Shown: positions 42,266 through 52,219 of the stretch, one piece after another
Layout: every line of letters begins with the position of its first letter
How positions within the stretch are numbered: position 1 is the first letter of the stretch
Assembly: GCA_029564765.1 (NCBI GenBank)
Contig: JAKQPK010000023.1
Span: forward strand, 87,084 to 151,083
Direction of reading: 5' to 3'
DNA length: 64,000 nucleotides
From: Candidatus Omnitrophota bacterium
Lineage (GTDB): Bacteria > Omnitrophota > Gorgyraeia > Zapsychrales > Aceulaceae
Notes under the pieces: generated by a model
What the model was told of the DNA's origin: nothing
Seen by the model: only the letters and a program-made list of their open reading frames with translations
The model's database searches: none
Made by a program: the position numbers and the translations under genes

Positions 42266-42729
42266 TTTTTAAAGAAAAGGAACGCATAAGGTCCAATAGC
42301 CGTTGTTGTAATGATCTCTGGAATGGCCAGAAACCAAGCGATATCCCTAAATCCTCCCGAAGCGAAAAAAGCTGCTACAATATAAAGAATCGAAACATTT
42401 AAAGCGCTCAAAAAGAACGCAAGCGCAATCTTAAGATATAGAGCATCGATCTGAAAAATATATTTTTTAAGCAGCAAAACGATATAGGAAGAAATGATAA
42501 AAGAAAAAATATTAACGCCGAACACCCCTACCAAAAGACTGTCCTTAAGAAGCCCAGCTGCAACGGCAGCCCACAGACCATAACGCGAACCCCAGAACAG
42601 ATTGATAAAAATAACGAACAGGATCAGAAAGTTCGGCTTCACCCAGAAGCTGAAAACATGAAAAACACCTATCTCGATGAGAAAAAGCAGATAACAGCTT
42701 ATCAGGATCCATAAAGTTTTCTTGATCAT
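42241..42729 (-). CDS. mreD: Rod shape-determining protein MreD
   Basis: 162-aa polytopic membrane protein immediately after mreC. Confidence 0.7.
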   Translation of the reverse strand: MIKKTLWILISCYLLFLIEIGVFHVFSFWVKPNFLILFVIFINLFWGSRYGLWAAVAAGLLKDSLLVGVFGVNIFSFIISSYIVLLLKKYIFQIDALYLKIALAFFLSALNVSILYIVAAFFASGGFRDIAWFLAIPEIITTTAIGPYAFLFFKKCALKVSK

Positions 42730-42740
42730 AGGATATCTTA

Positions 42741-43526
42741 TTAACGATCGATAACGACAAAAACCTCTTCCAACTGCGAGAAGACGACTGCAGGCTTAAT
42801 CAGACAATCAAGCGTAGGACTTGCAAGATTTTCTTGGACATCGATAATGCGCCCGATCAGGAGCCCTTCTGGAAAAAAAGAACTGATCTTCGAGGTCACG
42901 ACAATATCACCGACCTGAACATCCGAGGTCACAGGAAGGTATTGCAAGCGACACGTCCCTCGAAGCGTTCCAGAGACAACGCCCTGATCGCGCGTGCGCT
43001 CAAGGGAAGCCGCAACGCTAAATCGAGAGTCAGTCAGCATTGTCACTTTCGCCAGCTGATCCCCGACCTCTGAAATTTTTCCAACAACCCCAGAGGACGT
43101 GACGACTGGCATTCCTTGCCGCACACCCTGTTTCTTTCCCTTATCAATAATGATAGCCGCTGACCAATTCGCCGGATCGCGCATAAGCACATGGGCTGCG
43201 ATTAAGGAAAAAGAAGACTGACGCTTAAAATCCAACAACGCGCGCAAACGGGCATTTTCTTTCAAGACCTCTTCCTGCTGCCAAGCCTGCTGGACCAAAG
43301 GCTCCATTTGTTTCTTAAAAACTTGATACTCATTATAGGTCTTGTGATAAAAAAGGATCTTTCTTATTTCTCTGAATGGGAATAACGCGACCTGGATCGG
43401 CCATGAACTCGCCTGGAGGACATCTGTTTTCAGATTAGAAAAAAGTTGCTGCGGAAGAAAAAGGCAAATAAAAGCGGTAGTAGCGATCAGGAAATAAACT
43501 AGAGCTTTCTTGGATTTCTTAAGCAC
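42741..43526 (-). CDS. mreC: Rod shape-determining protein MreC
   Basis: N-terminal TM helix and coiled-coil, with an MreC beta-domain block (GMPVVTSSGVVGKISEVG...MLTDSRFSVAA). Confidence 0.85.
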   Translation of the reverse strand: MLKKSKKALVYFLIATTAFICLFLPQQLFSNLKTDVLQASSWPIQVALFPFREIRKILFYHKTYNEYQVFKKQMEPLVQQAWQQEEVLKENARLRALLDFKRQSSFSLIAAHVLMRDPANWSAAIIIDKGKKQGVRQGMPVVTSSGVVGKISEVGDQLAKVTMLTDSRFSVAASLERTRDQGVVSGTLRGTCRLQYLPVTSDVQVGDIVVTSKISSFFPEGLLIGRIIDVQENLASPTLDCLIKPAVVFSQLEEVFVVIDR

Positions 43527-43550
43527 ATCAACTCACTACTCGTTATGCGA

Positions 43551-44624
43551 TCAATATTCAAATCGGGTAGGAACAACAAGGCCTCGTCGAAGGCGAGCCG
43601 GCATATCGAGCGTCTGCCCTGTGCCTAGAACGACCGCGGTTAAAGGGTCATCGGCAATGTGCACAGGAAGACCAGTTTCTTCAGAGATCAGTTTATCCAA
43701 GCCGCGCAACATCGCTCCCCCGCCGGCCATAACGATACCGCGATCAATCAGATCGGCAGCCAATTCAGGCGGCGTGTGTTCCAGTGTCGCTTTCGATGCC
43801 TCTACAATAGCGCGCACAGGGCCTTGCAAAGATTCGCGAACCTCGACAGAAGTGATCGTGATCGTCTTAGGTAGGCCAGAAATAAGATCGCGGCCACGAA
43901 CATCCATCGTTAGCTCTTCGTCCAATGGATAGGCGGATCCGATACGGATCTTGATCTCTTCCGACGTGCGTTCACCGATCATCAAATTATAATTCTTTCC
44001 TAAATAATCCATGATCGCCGCGTCCATTTCATCTCCAGCGATACGGATCGACTGCGCGTAAACAATGCCACCTAGGGATAAAACCGCGAATTCCGTGGTC
44101 CCTCCTCCGATATCAACGATCATATTTCCGGCGGGATCTTCAACTGGAAGGCCGGCTCCGACCGCTGCGGCCTTTGGCTCTTCGATCAGATCAACGGAAC
44201 GCGCTCCCGCTCGCTCGGCTGAATCCTTGACCGCTCTTTTTTCAACTTCCGTGATCCCTGAAGGGATCGCAACGACCATCGCTGGCCTAGCGATCACAAA
44301 TCGCCGATGCACTTTCTTAATAAAATACCGTAGCATCGCTTCAGTGATCTCAAAGTCAGAAATGACACCATCCTTCATAGGGCGCACCGCGACAATATTG
44401 CCGGGCGTTCTTCCGAGCATACGCTTTGCCTCTTCGCCAACAGCGATCACTTGACCTGTTTCTTTATGAAGAGCAACGACGGAAGGCTCGCACAAAACCA
44501 CTCCTTCTCCTTTGATGTAGACGAGTGTTGTCGCTGTGCCAAGATCGATCCCCATATCATTAGAAAAAAGACCAACGATATAATTGATCGTCTTTTTAAA
44601 TATTTTCCAGAACTTTTCCCACAT
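43551..44624 (-). CDS. mreB: Rod shape-determining actin homolog MreB
   Basis: [27 protein letters not shown] aligns with the MreB N-terminus. Actin/Hsp70 fold motifs are present. Confidence 0.95.
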   Translation of the reverse strand: MWEKFWKIFKKTINYIVGLFSNDMGIDLGTATTLVYIKGEGVVLCEPSVVALHKETGQVIAVGEEAKRMLGRTPGNIVAVRPMKDGVISDFEITEAMLRYFIKKVHRRFVIARPAMVVAIPSGITEVEKRAVKDSAERAGARSVDLIEEPKAAAVGAGLPVEDPAGNMIVDIGGGTTEFAVLSLGGIVYAQSIRIAGDEMDAAIMDYLGKNYNLMIGERTSEEIKIRIGSAYPLDEELTMDVRGRDLISGLPKTITITSVEVRESLQGPVRAIVEASKATLEHTPPELAADLIDRGIVMAGGGAMLRGLDKLISEETGLPVHIADDPLTAVVLGTGQTLDMPARLRRGLVVPTRFEY

Positions 44625-44698
44625 AAGAGAGCTCCTTAATAATAATATTTATAAAAATCATATCGGAAAAGGCCCTAACTGTCAAATGAAAGGATATT

Positions 44699-45991
44699 TT
44701 ATCTTTTTTTAAGCTTCGCTCCGATTTCCTGAAGATCTGATATAAAATCAGGATAAGATTTCCTAACACACTCAATATCCTTGACTTGCGTCCCTATTTT
44801 TAGCCCTAAAACGCTAAATGCCATTGCCAAGCGATGATCCTGGCGAGGATCCAAAATAACATCCTGTCTGTAAAAAGCTTGAGGGTAAATGGTTAATGAG
44901 TCTTTTTCCTCTCTGATACAAGCCCCTATCTTTAAGAGTTCCGATCGAAGATCACTAATACGATCAGATTCCTTTGCGCGCGCGTGAGCAATATGACAAA
45001 GTTTTGTTCTGCCCTTAGCAAAAAGCGCTAAGACAGCCATAATAGGAACCAGATCTGGACAATCACGCAAAGAAAAAACGCCTCCAGAAAGAAGATGTGG
45101 TCCTTTCACCTTAAGGGACGTCTTTGTCTTTATGATCCGCGCGCCCATACGCTTTAAAAAAGCCATGATCTGGCCATCTGCCTGGACCAGCTCATCACAA
45201 AAGAAACCCTGCAAAGTCAACTGAGACCTGCTTAAGATCCCTGCCGCAAGCAAAAAAGCAGCTAATCCGTAATCCGAAGGAACGGTAAACTGTCCCAACC
45301 CGCTATATTTCTGTTCGCCCTTAATGACAAAGCGTGCGCTAGATGCCTTATCGATCTTAATGCCGGCTTTTTTTAAAATAGCCAAAGTCATATCAACATA
45401 AGTTTTTGAAACAGCTGTCTTGCCCGTGACTTTCAAGGTCGTATCTTTTTGTAAAAAAGGACACGCGATCAGTAAGGCAGAAATAAATTGGGAACTCAGT
45501 GATCCATCGATCGAAATATTGCCTGAACGCAAGAAGCCTTTGTTAATACGGATAGGAATGGTTTCTTTTAGGCCTTTTCCTCTCACATCACGACCCATGC
45601 GCCGCAAAGTTTCTGTTAAGAATTTATTAGGCCTTGATCGCAGTGTCCCTTGTCCCAACACCATGCTAGGGCCAGGCCTCAGCGCCAATAGCGGCAAAAG
45701 GAACCGCAGTACAGTACCTGATTCTCCCACAGAACATTTAAGAAGATCTTTTGTAAAGTTAAAATCAGCTTGGATCGTGATCGTTCGACCATCAGCGGAA
45801 ATGATAACACGTGCGCCCAGAGCTTTGGCAGCGTCCAACGCTCGTCGCACATCATCACAGGACGAAACGTTTTGAAGAATGGAACGACCGCCGCAGGCCG
45901 CGACGATCACTGAACGAATAGAATATGACTTAGAGGAAGGCGATCTGACCGCTCCCCGCAGGTAAGGCGTAGGCCGAACGTCAAGTATCAT
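44699..45991 (-). CDS. aroA: 3-phosphoshikimate 1-carboxyvinyltransferase (EPSP synthase)
   Basis: SKSYSIR, DGSLSSQFISALLIA, ESDRI and DHRLAMAFSVLGL blocks match AroA rather than MurA. Confidence 0.85.
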   Translation of the reverse strand: MILDVRPTPYLRGAVRSPSSKSYSIRSVIVAACGGRSILQNVSSCDDVRRALDAAKALGARVIISADGRTITIQADFNFTKDLLKCSVGESGTVLRFLLPLLALRPGPSMVLGQGTLRSRPNKFLTETLRRMGRDVRGKGLKETIPIRINKGFLRSGNISIDGSLSSQFISALLIACPFLQKDTTLKVTGKTAVSKTYVDMTLAILKKAGIKIDKASSARFVIKGEQKYSGLGQFTVPSDYGLAAFLLAAGILSRSQLTLQGFFCDELVQADGQIMAFLKRMGARIIKTKTSLKVKGPHLLSGGVFSLRDCPDLVPIMAVLALFAKGRTKLCHIAHARAKESDRISDLRSELLKIGACIREEKDSLTIYPQAFYRQDVILDPRQDHRLAMAFSVLGLKIGTQVKDIECVRKSYPDFISDLQEIGAKLKKR

Positions 45992-46791
45992 TTTTTAATC
46001 AGAACGCGGTCGTTAGGTTGGACGCTTTGTGCTGACAGCGGCTCTAGGAAGTCCGCGACGGACATGATGTTTTGCACGCGGGCAATCCTTCCTTCGCCTA
46101 AAAGCGTGTCACCGCGATAAAATTCAACGATCATTCCTTCAGAAATGCCGCTTGAGGCCCCAAGATCGATGATCGCAAAATTATTTTCTTGATTTAACTT
46201 AAGGATCTGCCCTTGAGCAGGCGTATCCATGCCGGTCGCCTGTTCAGGCACCCCTTCGGGGGTAACAATGATCGTTTCCAGGCTCACACCTGTCGAGGAA
46301 GAAAGTTTCCCTTCTATGCCCTTTAATTTCTCTTCAGCCTCTTGCAATTTATTAGACAGCTGATCGCGCAAATCTTTTGCCGCATTGATTTCACTTTCTA
46401 AAAATGTATTGCGTTCACGTAGCACAATCACTTCATCTTGGAACTTCTTTCGCTCGCTACCGATCGTTTCAACCAGCCCTTTTAAATTCACATTCTCTTT
46501 TTTGATCTCATCTTTTAATCCTTTTTCAAGCTCGAGATCATCCATGAGCCCGCTGATCTTATCATCCTGCTCTTTCATTTTATTCGTCAGGACAACGATC
46601 TCTTCCTGGGCTGCCTTATATTGCTCTTCGATCTTGCGACGAGCGTCTTCAGAAACGACAAGTTTCTTTTCCACGCCAGATCTGATCTCGCGCTCTTTCA
46701 CAAGAAAAAAAGTCACGATCGAAGTAAGAGATAGCAACATCAAAAAGAAAACAATAAGAAAAATAGTGAATGTTTTCCCTGAACGGTTCAT
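45988..46791 (-). CDS. Hypothetical membrane-anchored coiled-coil protein with a C-terminal ~80-aa beta domain (267 aa)
   Basis: The ATG at 46791 has a strong AAGGAG SD. There is one N-terminal TM helix (FTIFLIVFFLMLLSLTSIVTFFLV), about 150 aa of Lys/Glu-rich coiled-coil and a Gly-rich C-terminal domain. Its stop overlaps the aroA start. The ORF-track N-terminal extension to 47022 would run into rluD. Confidence 0.6.
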   Translation of the reverse strand: MNRSGKTFTIFLIVFFLMLLSLTSIVTFFLVKEREIRSGVEKKLVVSEDARRKIEEQYKAAQEEIVVLTNKMKEQDDKISGLMDDLELEKGLKDEIKKENVNLKGLVETIGSERKKFQDEVIVLRERNTFLESEINAAKDLRDQLSNKLQEAEEKLKGIEGKLSSSTGVSLETIIVTPEGVPEQATGMDTPAQGQILKLNQENNFAIIDLGASSGISEGMIVEFYRGDTLLGEGRIARVQNIMSVADFLEPLSAQSVQPNDRVLIKK

Positions 46792-46888
46792 AGATAACTC
46801 CTTTATAAATAAATTTTTATTAAACTTATTATAAAATAAACCCCAATGAAGTAAAGAGAAGTTTCTGGAAAAAGGGCTGTCGTGAAAA

Positions 46889-47779
46889 TCATCCCAGAAG
46901 AAATTCTGAGGGCGTGGGCGATGAAAACTCAACCCAAGCCTTTGTTTGAGGATGAAAGAAAGCAAGAGCCTTGGCATGAAGAGCGAGCCGAGAGAAAGAA
47001 TTCTTCTTCCCGTACTTTTCATCTCCCAAGATCGGATGTCCTAGATGGGCCATGTGTACGCGCAGCTGATGCATTCTCCCTGTTCTTGGCATCAACAACA
47101 CGAGCGAGGCTTTGGAAAATCTTTTGAGCACCCTATAAAAGGTTTGGGCTTCTTTTGGTTCCCGCGCCAGAACAGAACGCTTTTGGCGATGCAAAGGGTC
47201 TGGCCCTAAAGGGGCATCGATCACGCCTTCGTCAAATTCCACGCATCCTTCCACGAGCGCGACATAGCACTTCTTCACGATCCGCCCTTCAAATTGATGG
47301 GCCAAATCAACATGCGCCCTGTTGCTCTTGACCGCCACCATCAATCCGGATGTTTCCTTATCGAGTCGATGAACAATGCCGGGCCTCGTCATATCATCGT
47401 TGACGTTGGAGAGCTTCTTGCAATGACAAAGCAAAGCGTTGACCAAAGTTCCGCTGCCACATCCGGCACCAGGGTGCACCGTCATGCCCGAAGGCTTATT
47501 GATAACGATCAAAACGCTATCTTCATAAAAAACATCTAAAGGAATATTCTCGGGCTTGACATCAAAAGATATCTTGTCCTGAACGCTTACATCAACGGTC
47601 TCCCCTGCGATAAGTTTATAATTGTTTTTACGCGGAATACCATTGATACTGACAGAACCGCTCTTGATCAGATGCTGAACAAAAGCTCTCGAAGGACAAA
47701 GCGGGATTGCCTTGGCGAGAAAAACATCAAGACGTTTATGCGCGTCTTCGGGCGCGATGCAAAAGGTATATGTCGGCAT
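46889..47779 (-). CDS. rluD: 23S rRNA pseudouridine synthase, RluA/RluD family
   Basis: S4-like N-terminus and the HRLDKETSGLMV catalytic Asp motif. Confidence 0.88.
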   Translation of the reverse strand: MPTYTFCIAPEDAHKRLDVFLAKAIPLCPSRAFVQHLIKSGSVSINGIPRKNNYKLIAGETVDVSVQDKISFDVKPENIPLDVFYEDSVLIVINKPSGMTVHPGAGCGSGTLVNALLCHCKKLSNVNDDMTRPGIVHRLDKETSGLMVAVKSNRAHVDLAHQFEGRIVKKCYVALVEGCVEFDEGVIDAPLGPDPLHRQKRSVLAREPKEAQTFYRVLKRFSKASLVLLMPRTGRMHQLRVHMAHLGHPILGDEKYGKKNSFSRLALHAKALAFFHPQTKAWVEFSSPTPSEFLLG

Positions 47780-48476
47780 AGAAGGCCAAAAATATCATGG
47801 CAACATTGATCAACTGAAAAATACCTAGCCCTAGGATGATCGGCTCATAATCCGCACGGAAAAATTGAACGATCAGCCGCTCGAATGATGCCAGAATGAA
47901 ATACCAGCAGAAGATCCGTCCTTCCACAACATGGCGAGCCTGGCCAATCTTTAGAATAACAAAGATAAGGAATAAATTAATCGCCGAATAAAGCTGTGTT
48001 GGATGCAGGGTTTGTTGATGGACAGGAAAATACATGCCCTGGCCCCAAGGCTTTCCATGACAACAACCGTTGAAGAAACATCCTATACGCCCTAAAGATT
48101 GGCCTAGTGCTGCGTACGGGATAACAAAATCAAGCGTTTTCAACAAAGGTAATTTATGATAACGAATAAAAAGAACACCCACAACAGTGGAAAGGATCAA
48201 GCCACCCTGCCACGCGAGGCCTCCCTGATGCAAATAAAAAACCTCTAGTGGATGCTGCAGAAAATAATGCACATGAAGGATGATGAAAAAAAGGCGACTG
48301 CCAATGATACCCGCGACAGAGACCCAGAAAACAAGGTCTACCATGACATTCGGGTCCCAGTGTTTTCGTCTTGCGTCATGTTGCAACAAGAACGTGCAGA
48401 CCACGACCGCAACGGCGACCATGGCCCCATAGCTGTAGATCGTAAACGTTCCTATTTGGCAGAGGATGGGATGCAT
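47736..48476 (-). CDS. lgt: Prolipoprotein diacylglyceryl transferase
   Basis: Polytopic protein with the Lgt signature region (GRIGCFFNGCCHGKP). Confidence 0.9.
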   Translation of the reverse strand: MHPILCQIGTFTIYSYGAMVAVAVVVCTFLLQHDARRKHWDPNVMVDLVFWVSVAGIIGSRLFFIILHVHYFLQHPLEVFYLHQGGLAWQGGLILSTVVGVLFIRYHKLPLLKTLDFVIPYAALGQSLGRIGCFFNGCCHGKPWGQGMYFPVHQQTLHPTQLYSAINLFLIFVILKIGQARHVVEGRIFCWYFILASFERLIVQFFRADYEPIILGLGIFQLINVAMIFLAFYADIYLLHRARRRA

Positions 48477-48922
48477 GTCAAAATAAAGACGCAGGCGCCT
48501 ATCGTTATGGCGCTGTCTGCAATGTTAAAAACAGGCCAGATCCTAAGATCAATAAAATCAATAACGAAGCCATATTGCAAGCGGTCGATCAAATTCCCGA
48601 TGGCCCCGCTGATGATCAGAGAAAAGGACACAACGGACAACCGACCCGGCAGTGGGCTTTGAGGATGAACAAACAACATCCAGCTAAAAAAAAGTACCGA
48701 GGCTAGTGATACACCAATAAAAATGAATCCCTGGTCCTTGAACAAGCCAAAGGCGATCCCCGTATTATGCACTAATGTAAAATGGAATATGTTACGTATA
48801 ACGGGAATGGACTCTCCTAGCGAAAGCGTATTCAGAAAGAAAAGTTTTGACAATCGATCCGCGCAAACGACCAAAGAGACCAGAGGGATGGCAATAAAAA
48901 AGATCTCATGGGTTCTTTTCAT
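48452..48922 (-). CDS. lspA: Lipoprotein signal peptidase II
   Basis: 156 aa with NTGIAFGLF and FNIAD conserved motifs. Confidence 0.9.
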   Translation of the reverse strand: MKRTHEIFFIAIPLVSLVVCADRLSKLFFLNTLSLGESIPVIRNIFHFTLVHNTGIAFGLFKDQGFIFIGVSLASVLFFSWMLFVHPQSPLPGRLSVVSFSLIISGAIGNLIDRLQYGFVIDFIDLRIWPVFNIADSAITIGACVFILTCIPSSAK

Positions 48923-48954
48923 AAGGCATGGTCACGCTTGTGTCTGAAAAACGA

Positions 48955-49350
48955 TTATTTCTCGTGCTTTTCCTGACACTTTAGACAGAACGCAACATAA
49001 GGAAGAGCCTCTAGACGTCTTGCTGGGATCTCGCATCCGCATTCCTCGCAGAGGCCAAAGTTCCCCGCTTCAATACGTTTAAGGGCTTTATCGATCTTCT
49101 GCAATAATTCACGATCATTCGAGGCGAGCCCTAGAGAAAATTCACGGTCATACATATCCGTGGCAACATCAGCCAAATGCATTACATGGCCAGAAACATC
49201 GCCGGAATCGCTGCGCTCCGAGGGTGACGCGTGATCGGCAATCTTCTTAATGTCATGGACGATCTTTTCCTTCAGGTCCATGAGAATGGTCTGGTATTTA
49301 AGGACTTTTTTCTTGTCGATCTTTGTTTTTGGCATTTGCTTCTCCTTCAA
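48955..49350 (-). CDS. DksA/TraR-family C4 zinc-finger protein
   Basis: C-terminal CEECGCEIP...CLKCQ (CxxC-N17-CxxC) and an upstream acidic coiled-coil region. 131 aa. Confidence 0.8.
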   Translation of the reverse strand: MKEKQMPKTKIDKKKVLKYQTILMDLKEKIVHDIKKIADHASPSERSDSGDVSGHVMHLADVATDMYDREFSLGLASNDRELLQKIDKALKRIEAGNFGLCEECGCEIPARRLEALPYVAFCLKCQEKHEK

Positions 49351-49392
49351 ATTATTAAGATGACATATTCTTTAATGATCTCAACCAAAACC

Positions 49393-52218
49393 TTACTTGT
49401 TGCCAGGAACGCTCTCAACGACAGCCAGGCAACGCACGCATATCTGCGGGTGATCCTGATGGGCTCCAACCGACGCGCAATAATTCCAGCATCGTGCGCA
49501 TTTTTGACCGTCCGCCCTATCGACAACAATTTGTGTTTTAGGGCACTCAGCGCTGATATCAGATACAATGCCAGCATCCCAAACAACTTCGCACTGAGAA
49601 ACAATAAAAACAGCCCTGAGCATTTCAACATCAAATCGTGATAGCTGATCAAAGATATTCTTGCTCGCTGTACGAATAACAACCTTAGCTTCCAAAGAAC
49701 TACCAATAAGCCCTTGCTGACGTTTTTCTTCCAAGGATTTTAACGCGTAAGGTCGAAATGTCGCCAACAAAAATCCCCATTTGGACTCAAGGTCGCCATC
49801 GCGGACCCAATCATCAGGAGTAGAATTCCATTGAAGCAAATGTACGCTGGAAATATTTTTTAGCGCTGTTGTTTTAGGCATTGCTTCAAAAATTTCATGG
49901 GCTGTAAAGCTTAGGACGGGAGCCAATAATCGAACTAAAATATCGATCGTATGATACAGAACGGTTTGCGCGCTTGCGCGTTCGCGCGATTTAGCCGCCG
50001 AAGTATACAGTCTATCTTTTAGGATGTCAAGATAAATGCCGGACAATGTCTCGTTGCAAAAAGAATAGAGCTCTTGATAGACCATCGCAAAATCATATTC
50101 TTCGTATTTTTTCTCAACAAGATCTTTTGTCCACGACAATCGGGAGAGCGCCCAGCGGTCGATCTCCAAAAGCTGATCGTGGGCAAGAGTGTCCTTGTCA
50201 GGATCAAAATCATAAAGATTGCTCAGAATAAACCTAACCGTGTTGCGGATCTTGCGATACGCGTCAACGAGGCGATCTAGGATCTCCTTGGAAACACGGA
50301 TATCATCATTGTAGTTGCTGGAAGCGACCCATAAACGCAAGAAGTCTGCGCCGTAATTCTTGATGATGTCTTGCGGTGAAACAACATTGCCCAAGGATTT
50401 TGACATTTTGCGTCCTTGGCCGTCCACCACAAAACCATGGGTTAAAACAGCTTTAAACGGCGGCTTCCCATCGATCGCGACAGATGGAATAAGCGAAGAT
50501 TGGAACCAGCCACGATGCTGGTCTGACCCCTCCAAATATAAAGCGACCGGAATATCTTTGTGCATCATGCCCTTAACGACCGCTTGATGACTCACCCCTG
50601 AGTCGAACCAAACATCCAAAATATCATCAGCTTTCGCAAAATCATCCTTGCCGCAATCCGGGCACTTGAAGCCTTGAGGCAGAAGGTCCTTAATGTCTTT
50701 CTCAAACCAGGCGCTCGTTCCTTCTTTCTTAACGATCTCTTTAAAATGACCGATCACTTCAGAAAATAATTTCTGCTCATCGCTACACCCGTGACAAATA
50801 ACAGCCGGAATAGGTACGCCCCAGTACCGCTGACGCGACAGACACCAGTCCGGACGGGTCTTGATCATGCCTTCGATGCGCTCTTTCCCCGCTTCAGGGA
50901 TCCACTGTACATCATTCTGAGCTGCTTCTAACAACTTGTGACGAAGGCCATTGTGGTCGATACGCGCGAACCACTGCTTCGTTGCACGAAAAATGACAGG
51001 CTTCTTGCAGCGCCAGCAATGAGGATAAGAGTGATCGATGTTCTCCTGTGCGAATAAAACTTTTTTCTCGTTAAGTTTCGCAATAATAGCTTCATTCGCC
51101 TTAAACACATGCTGGCCAGCAAACTCCCCAGCCTCCGCGCTAAAGATCCCGCGAGAATCAACCGGCATCACAACGTCAAGTTTAAATCTTAGTCCTGTTT
51201 CAAAATCTTCTTGTCCATGACCAGGTGCCGTGTGCACAAGCCCCGTACCATCTTCCCGAGTAACATAATCAACCGCGACAACAGGACATTTCTCTCGCAA
51301 ACCAAAAGGATGACAGTAAATAAATTTTGTTAGGTCTTTTCCGCGGCATTGTTTGATAACTTTAAATTTCTGGATGCCCCCTTTGGCTAAAACTTTCTCG
51401 GCCAAGGTCTTTTCTAGAATGAGAACGCTGTCGCCCGTTTCAACAAAAGAATACTCATACTCCGGATGAATGGCAACCGCCACGTTCGCCAAGAGCGTCC
51501 AAGGTGTCGTGGTCCAGACAAGCAAAAAAAGTTCTTTGCCTTTAAGATCACATGGAACACCCTCAGGATTGCTCACAGGAAATTTAACATACACAGATGG
51601 CGAAGTATGATTTTCGTATTCTACCTCCGCCTCCGCCAAAGCAGTCTCGCAACTTGCGCACCAATTGACCGGTTTTAGTCCTCGATAAATATAACCCTTC
51701 TGGTTCAACTGCTCCAGCGAATGCAAGATCCAATATTCATATTCCGGCGTCAAAGTAAGATATGGTTTGTCCCATTCGCCAAAAACACCTAAGCGCTTGA
51801 ACTGATCACGCTGAAGGGCAACGTATTTCATTGCATACTCATGGGCCTTGCGCCTGAAGTCCACCCGCTCAACCTGTGATTTGTGCGCTTTCATTTCTTT
51901 CAATAGCTGATGCTCGATCGGAAGCCCATGACAATCCCAACCCGGCACATATAGACTATCAAACCCTTGCATCGTCTTGAATTTAACGATCATATCCTTA
52001 AGGATCTTATTCAAGGCATGTCCGATGTGAATATTGCCATTCGCATACGGTGGCCCATCATGAAGCGTAAATTCAGGTTTTCCTTTTGCCTGAGCGCGGA
52101 TCGCCTGGTACAAGCCATTCTTTTCCCATGCCTCCAACAGCTTCGGCTCCTTCTGAGCCAGATCAGCCTTCATAGAAAAAGATGTTTTCGGTAAATTCAG
52201 CGTTTCTTGATAGCTCAT
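49393..52218 (-). CDS. ileS: Isoleucyl-tRNA synthetase
   Basis: HIGH (PYANGNIHIGH) and KMSKS motifs, a CP1 editing domain and a C-terminal zinc-binding Cys cluster. The start is set at the verified ATG 52218 (MSYQETLNLPK). The ORF-track extension to 52338 would overlap the upstream MTAP gene. Confidence 0.97.
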   Translation of the reverse strand: MSYQETLNLPKTSFSMKADLAQKEPKLLEAWEKNGLYQAIRAQAKGKPEFTLHDGPPYANGNIHIGHALNKILKDMIVKFKTMQGFDSLYVPGWDCHGLPIEHQLLKEMKAHKSQVERVDFRRKAHEYAMKYVALQRDQFKRLGVFGEWDKPYLTLTPEYEYWILHSLEQLNQKGYIYRGLKPVNWCASCETALAEAEVEYENHTSPSVYVKFPVSNPEGVPCDLKGKELFLLVWTTTPWTLLANVAVAIHPEYEYSFVETGDSVLILEKTLAEKVLAKGGIQKFKVIKQCRGKDLTKFIYCHPFGLREKCPVVAVDYVTREDGTGLVHTAPGHGQEDFETGLRFKLDVVMPVDSRGIFSAEAGEFAGQHVFKANEAIIAKLNEKKVLFAQENIDHSYPHCWRCKKPVIFRATKQWFARIDHNGLRHKLLEAAQNDVQWIPEAGKERIEGMIKTRPDWCLSRQRYWGVPIPAVICHGCSDEQKLFSEVIGHFKEIVKKEGTSAWFEKDIKDLLPQGFKCPDCGKDDFAKADDILDVWFDSGVSHQAVVKGMMHKDIPVALYLEGSDQHRGWFQSSLIPSVAIDGKPPFKAVLTHGFVVDGQGRKMSKSLGNVVSPQDIIKNYGADFLRLWVASSNYNDDIRVSKEILDRLVDAYRKIRNTVRFILSNLYDFDPDKDTLAHDQLLEIDRWALSRLSWTKDLVEKKYEEYDFAMVYQELYSFCNETLSGIYLDILKDRLYTSAAKSRERASAQTVLYHTIDILVRLLAPVLSFTAHEIFEAMPKTTALKNISSVHLLQWNSTPDDWVRDGDLESKWGFLLATFRPYALKSLEEKRQQGLIGSSLEAKVVIRTASKNIFDQLSRFDVEMLRAVFIVSQCEVVWDAGIVSDISAECPKTQIVVDRADGQKCARCWNYCASVGAHQDHPQICVRCLAVVESVPGNK

Positions 52219-52219
52219 C

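Noticed and set aside
44699-45991. MurA (UDP-GlcNAc enolpyruvyl transferase) as an alternative call for the enolpyruvyl transferase next to mreB
   Set aside because: The conserved blocks DGSLSSQF, ESDRI, DHRLAMAF and KSYPDF match EPSP synthase (AroA) rather than MurA. Other aromatic pathway genes lie nearby.
46792-47022. N-terminal 77-aa extension of the 45988..47022 ORF
   Set aside because: The extension would overlap rluD by about 130 nt. An internal ATG at 46791 has a strong AAGGAG SD and is followed immediately by the TM helix, so the shorter gene is preferred.
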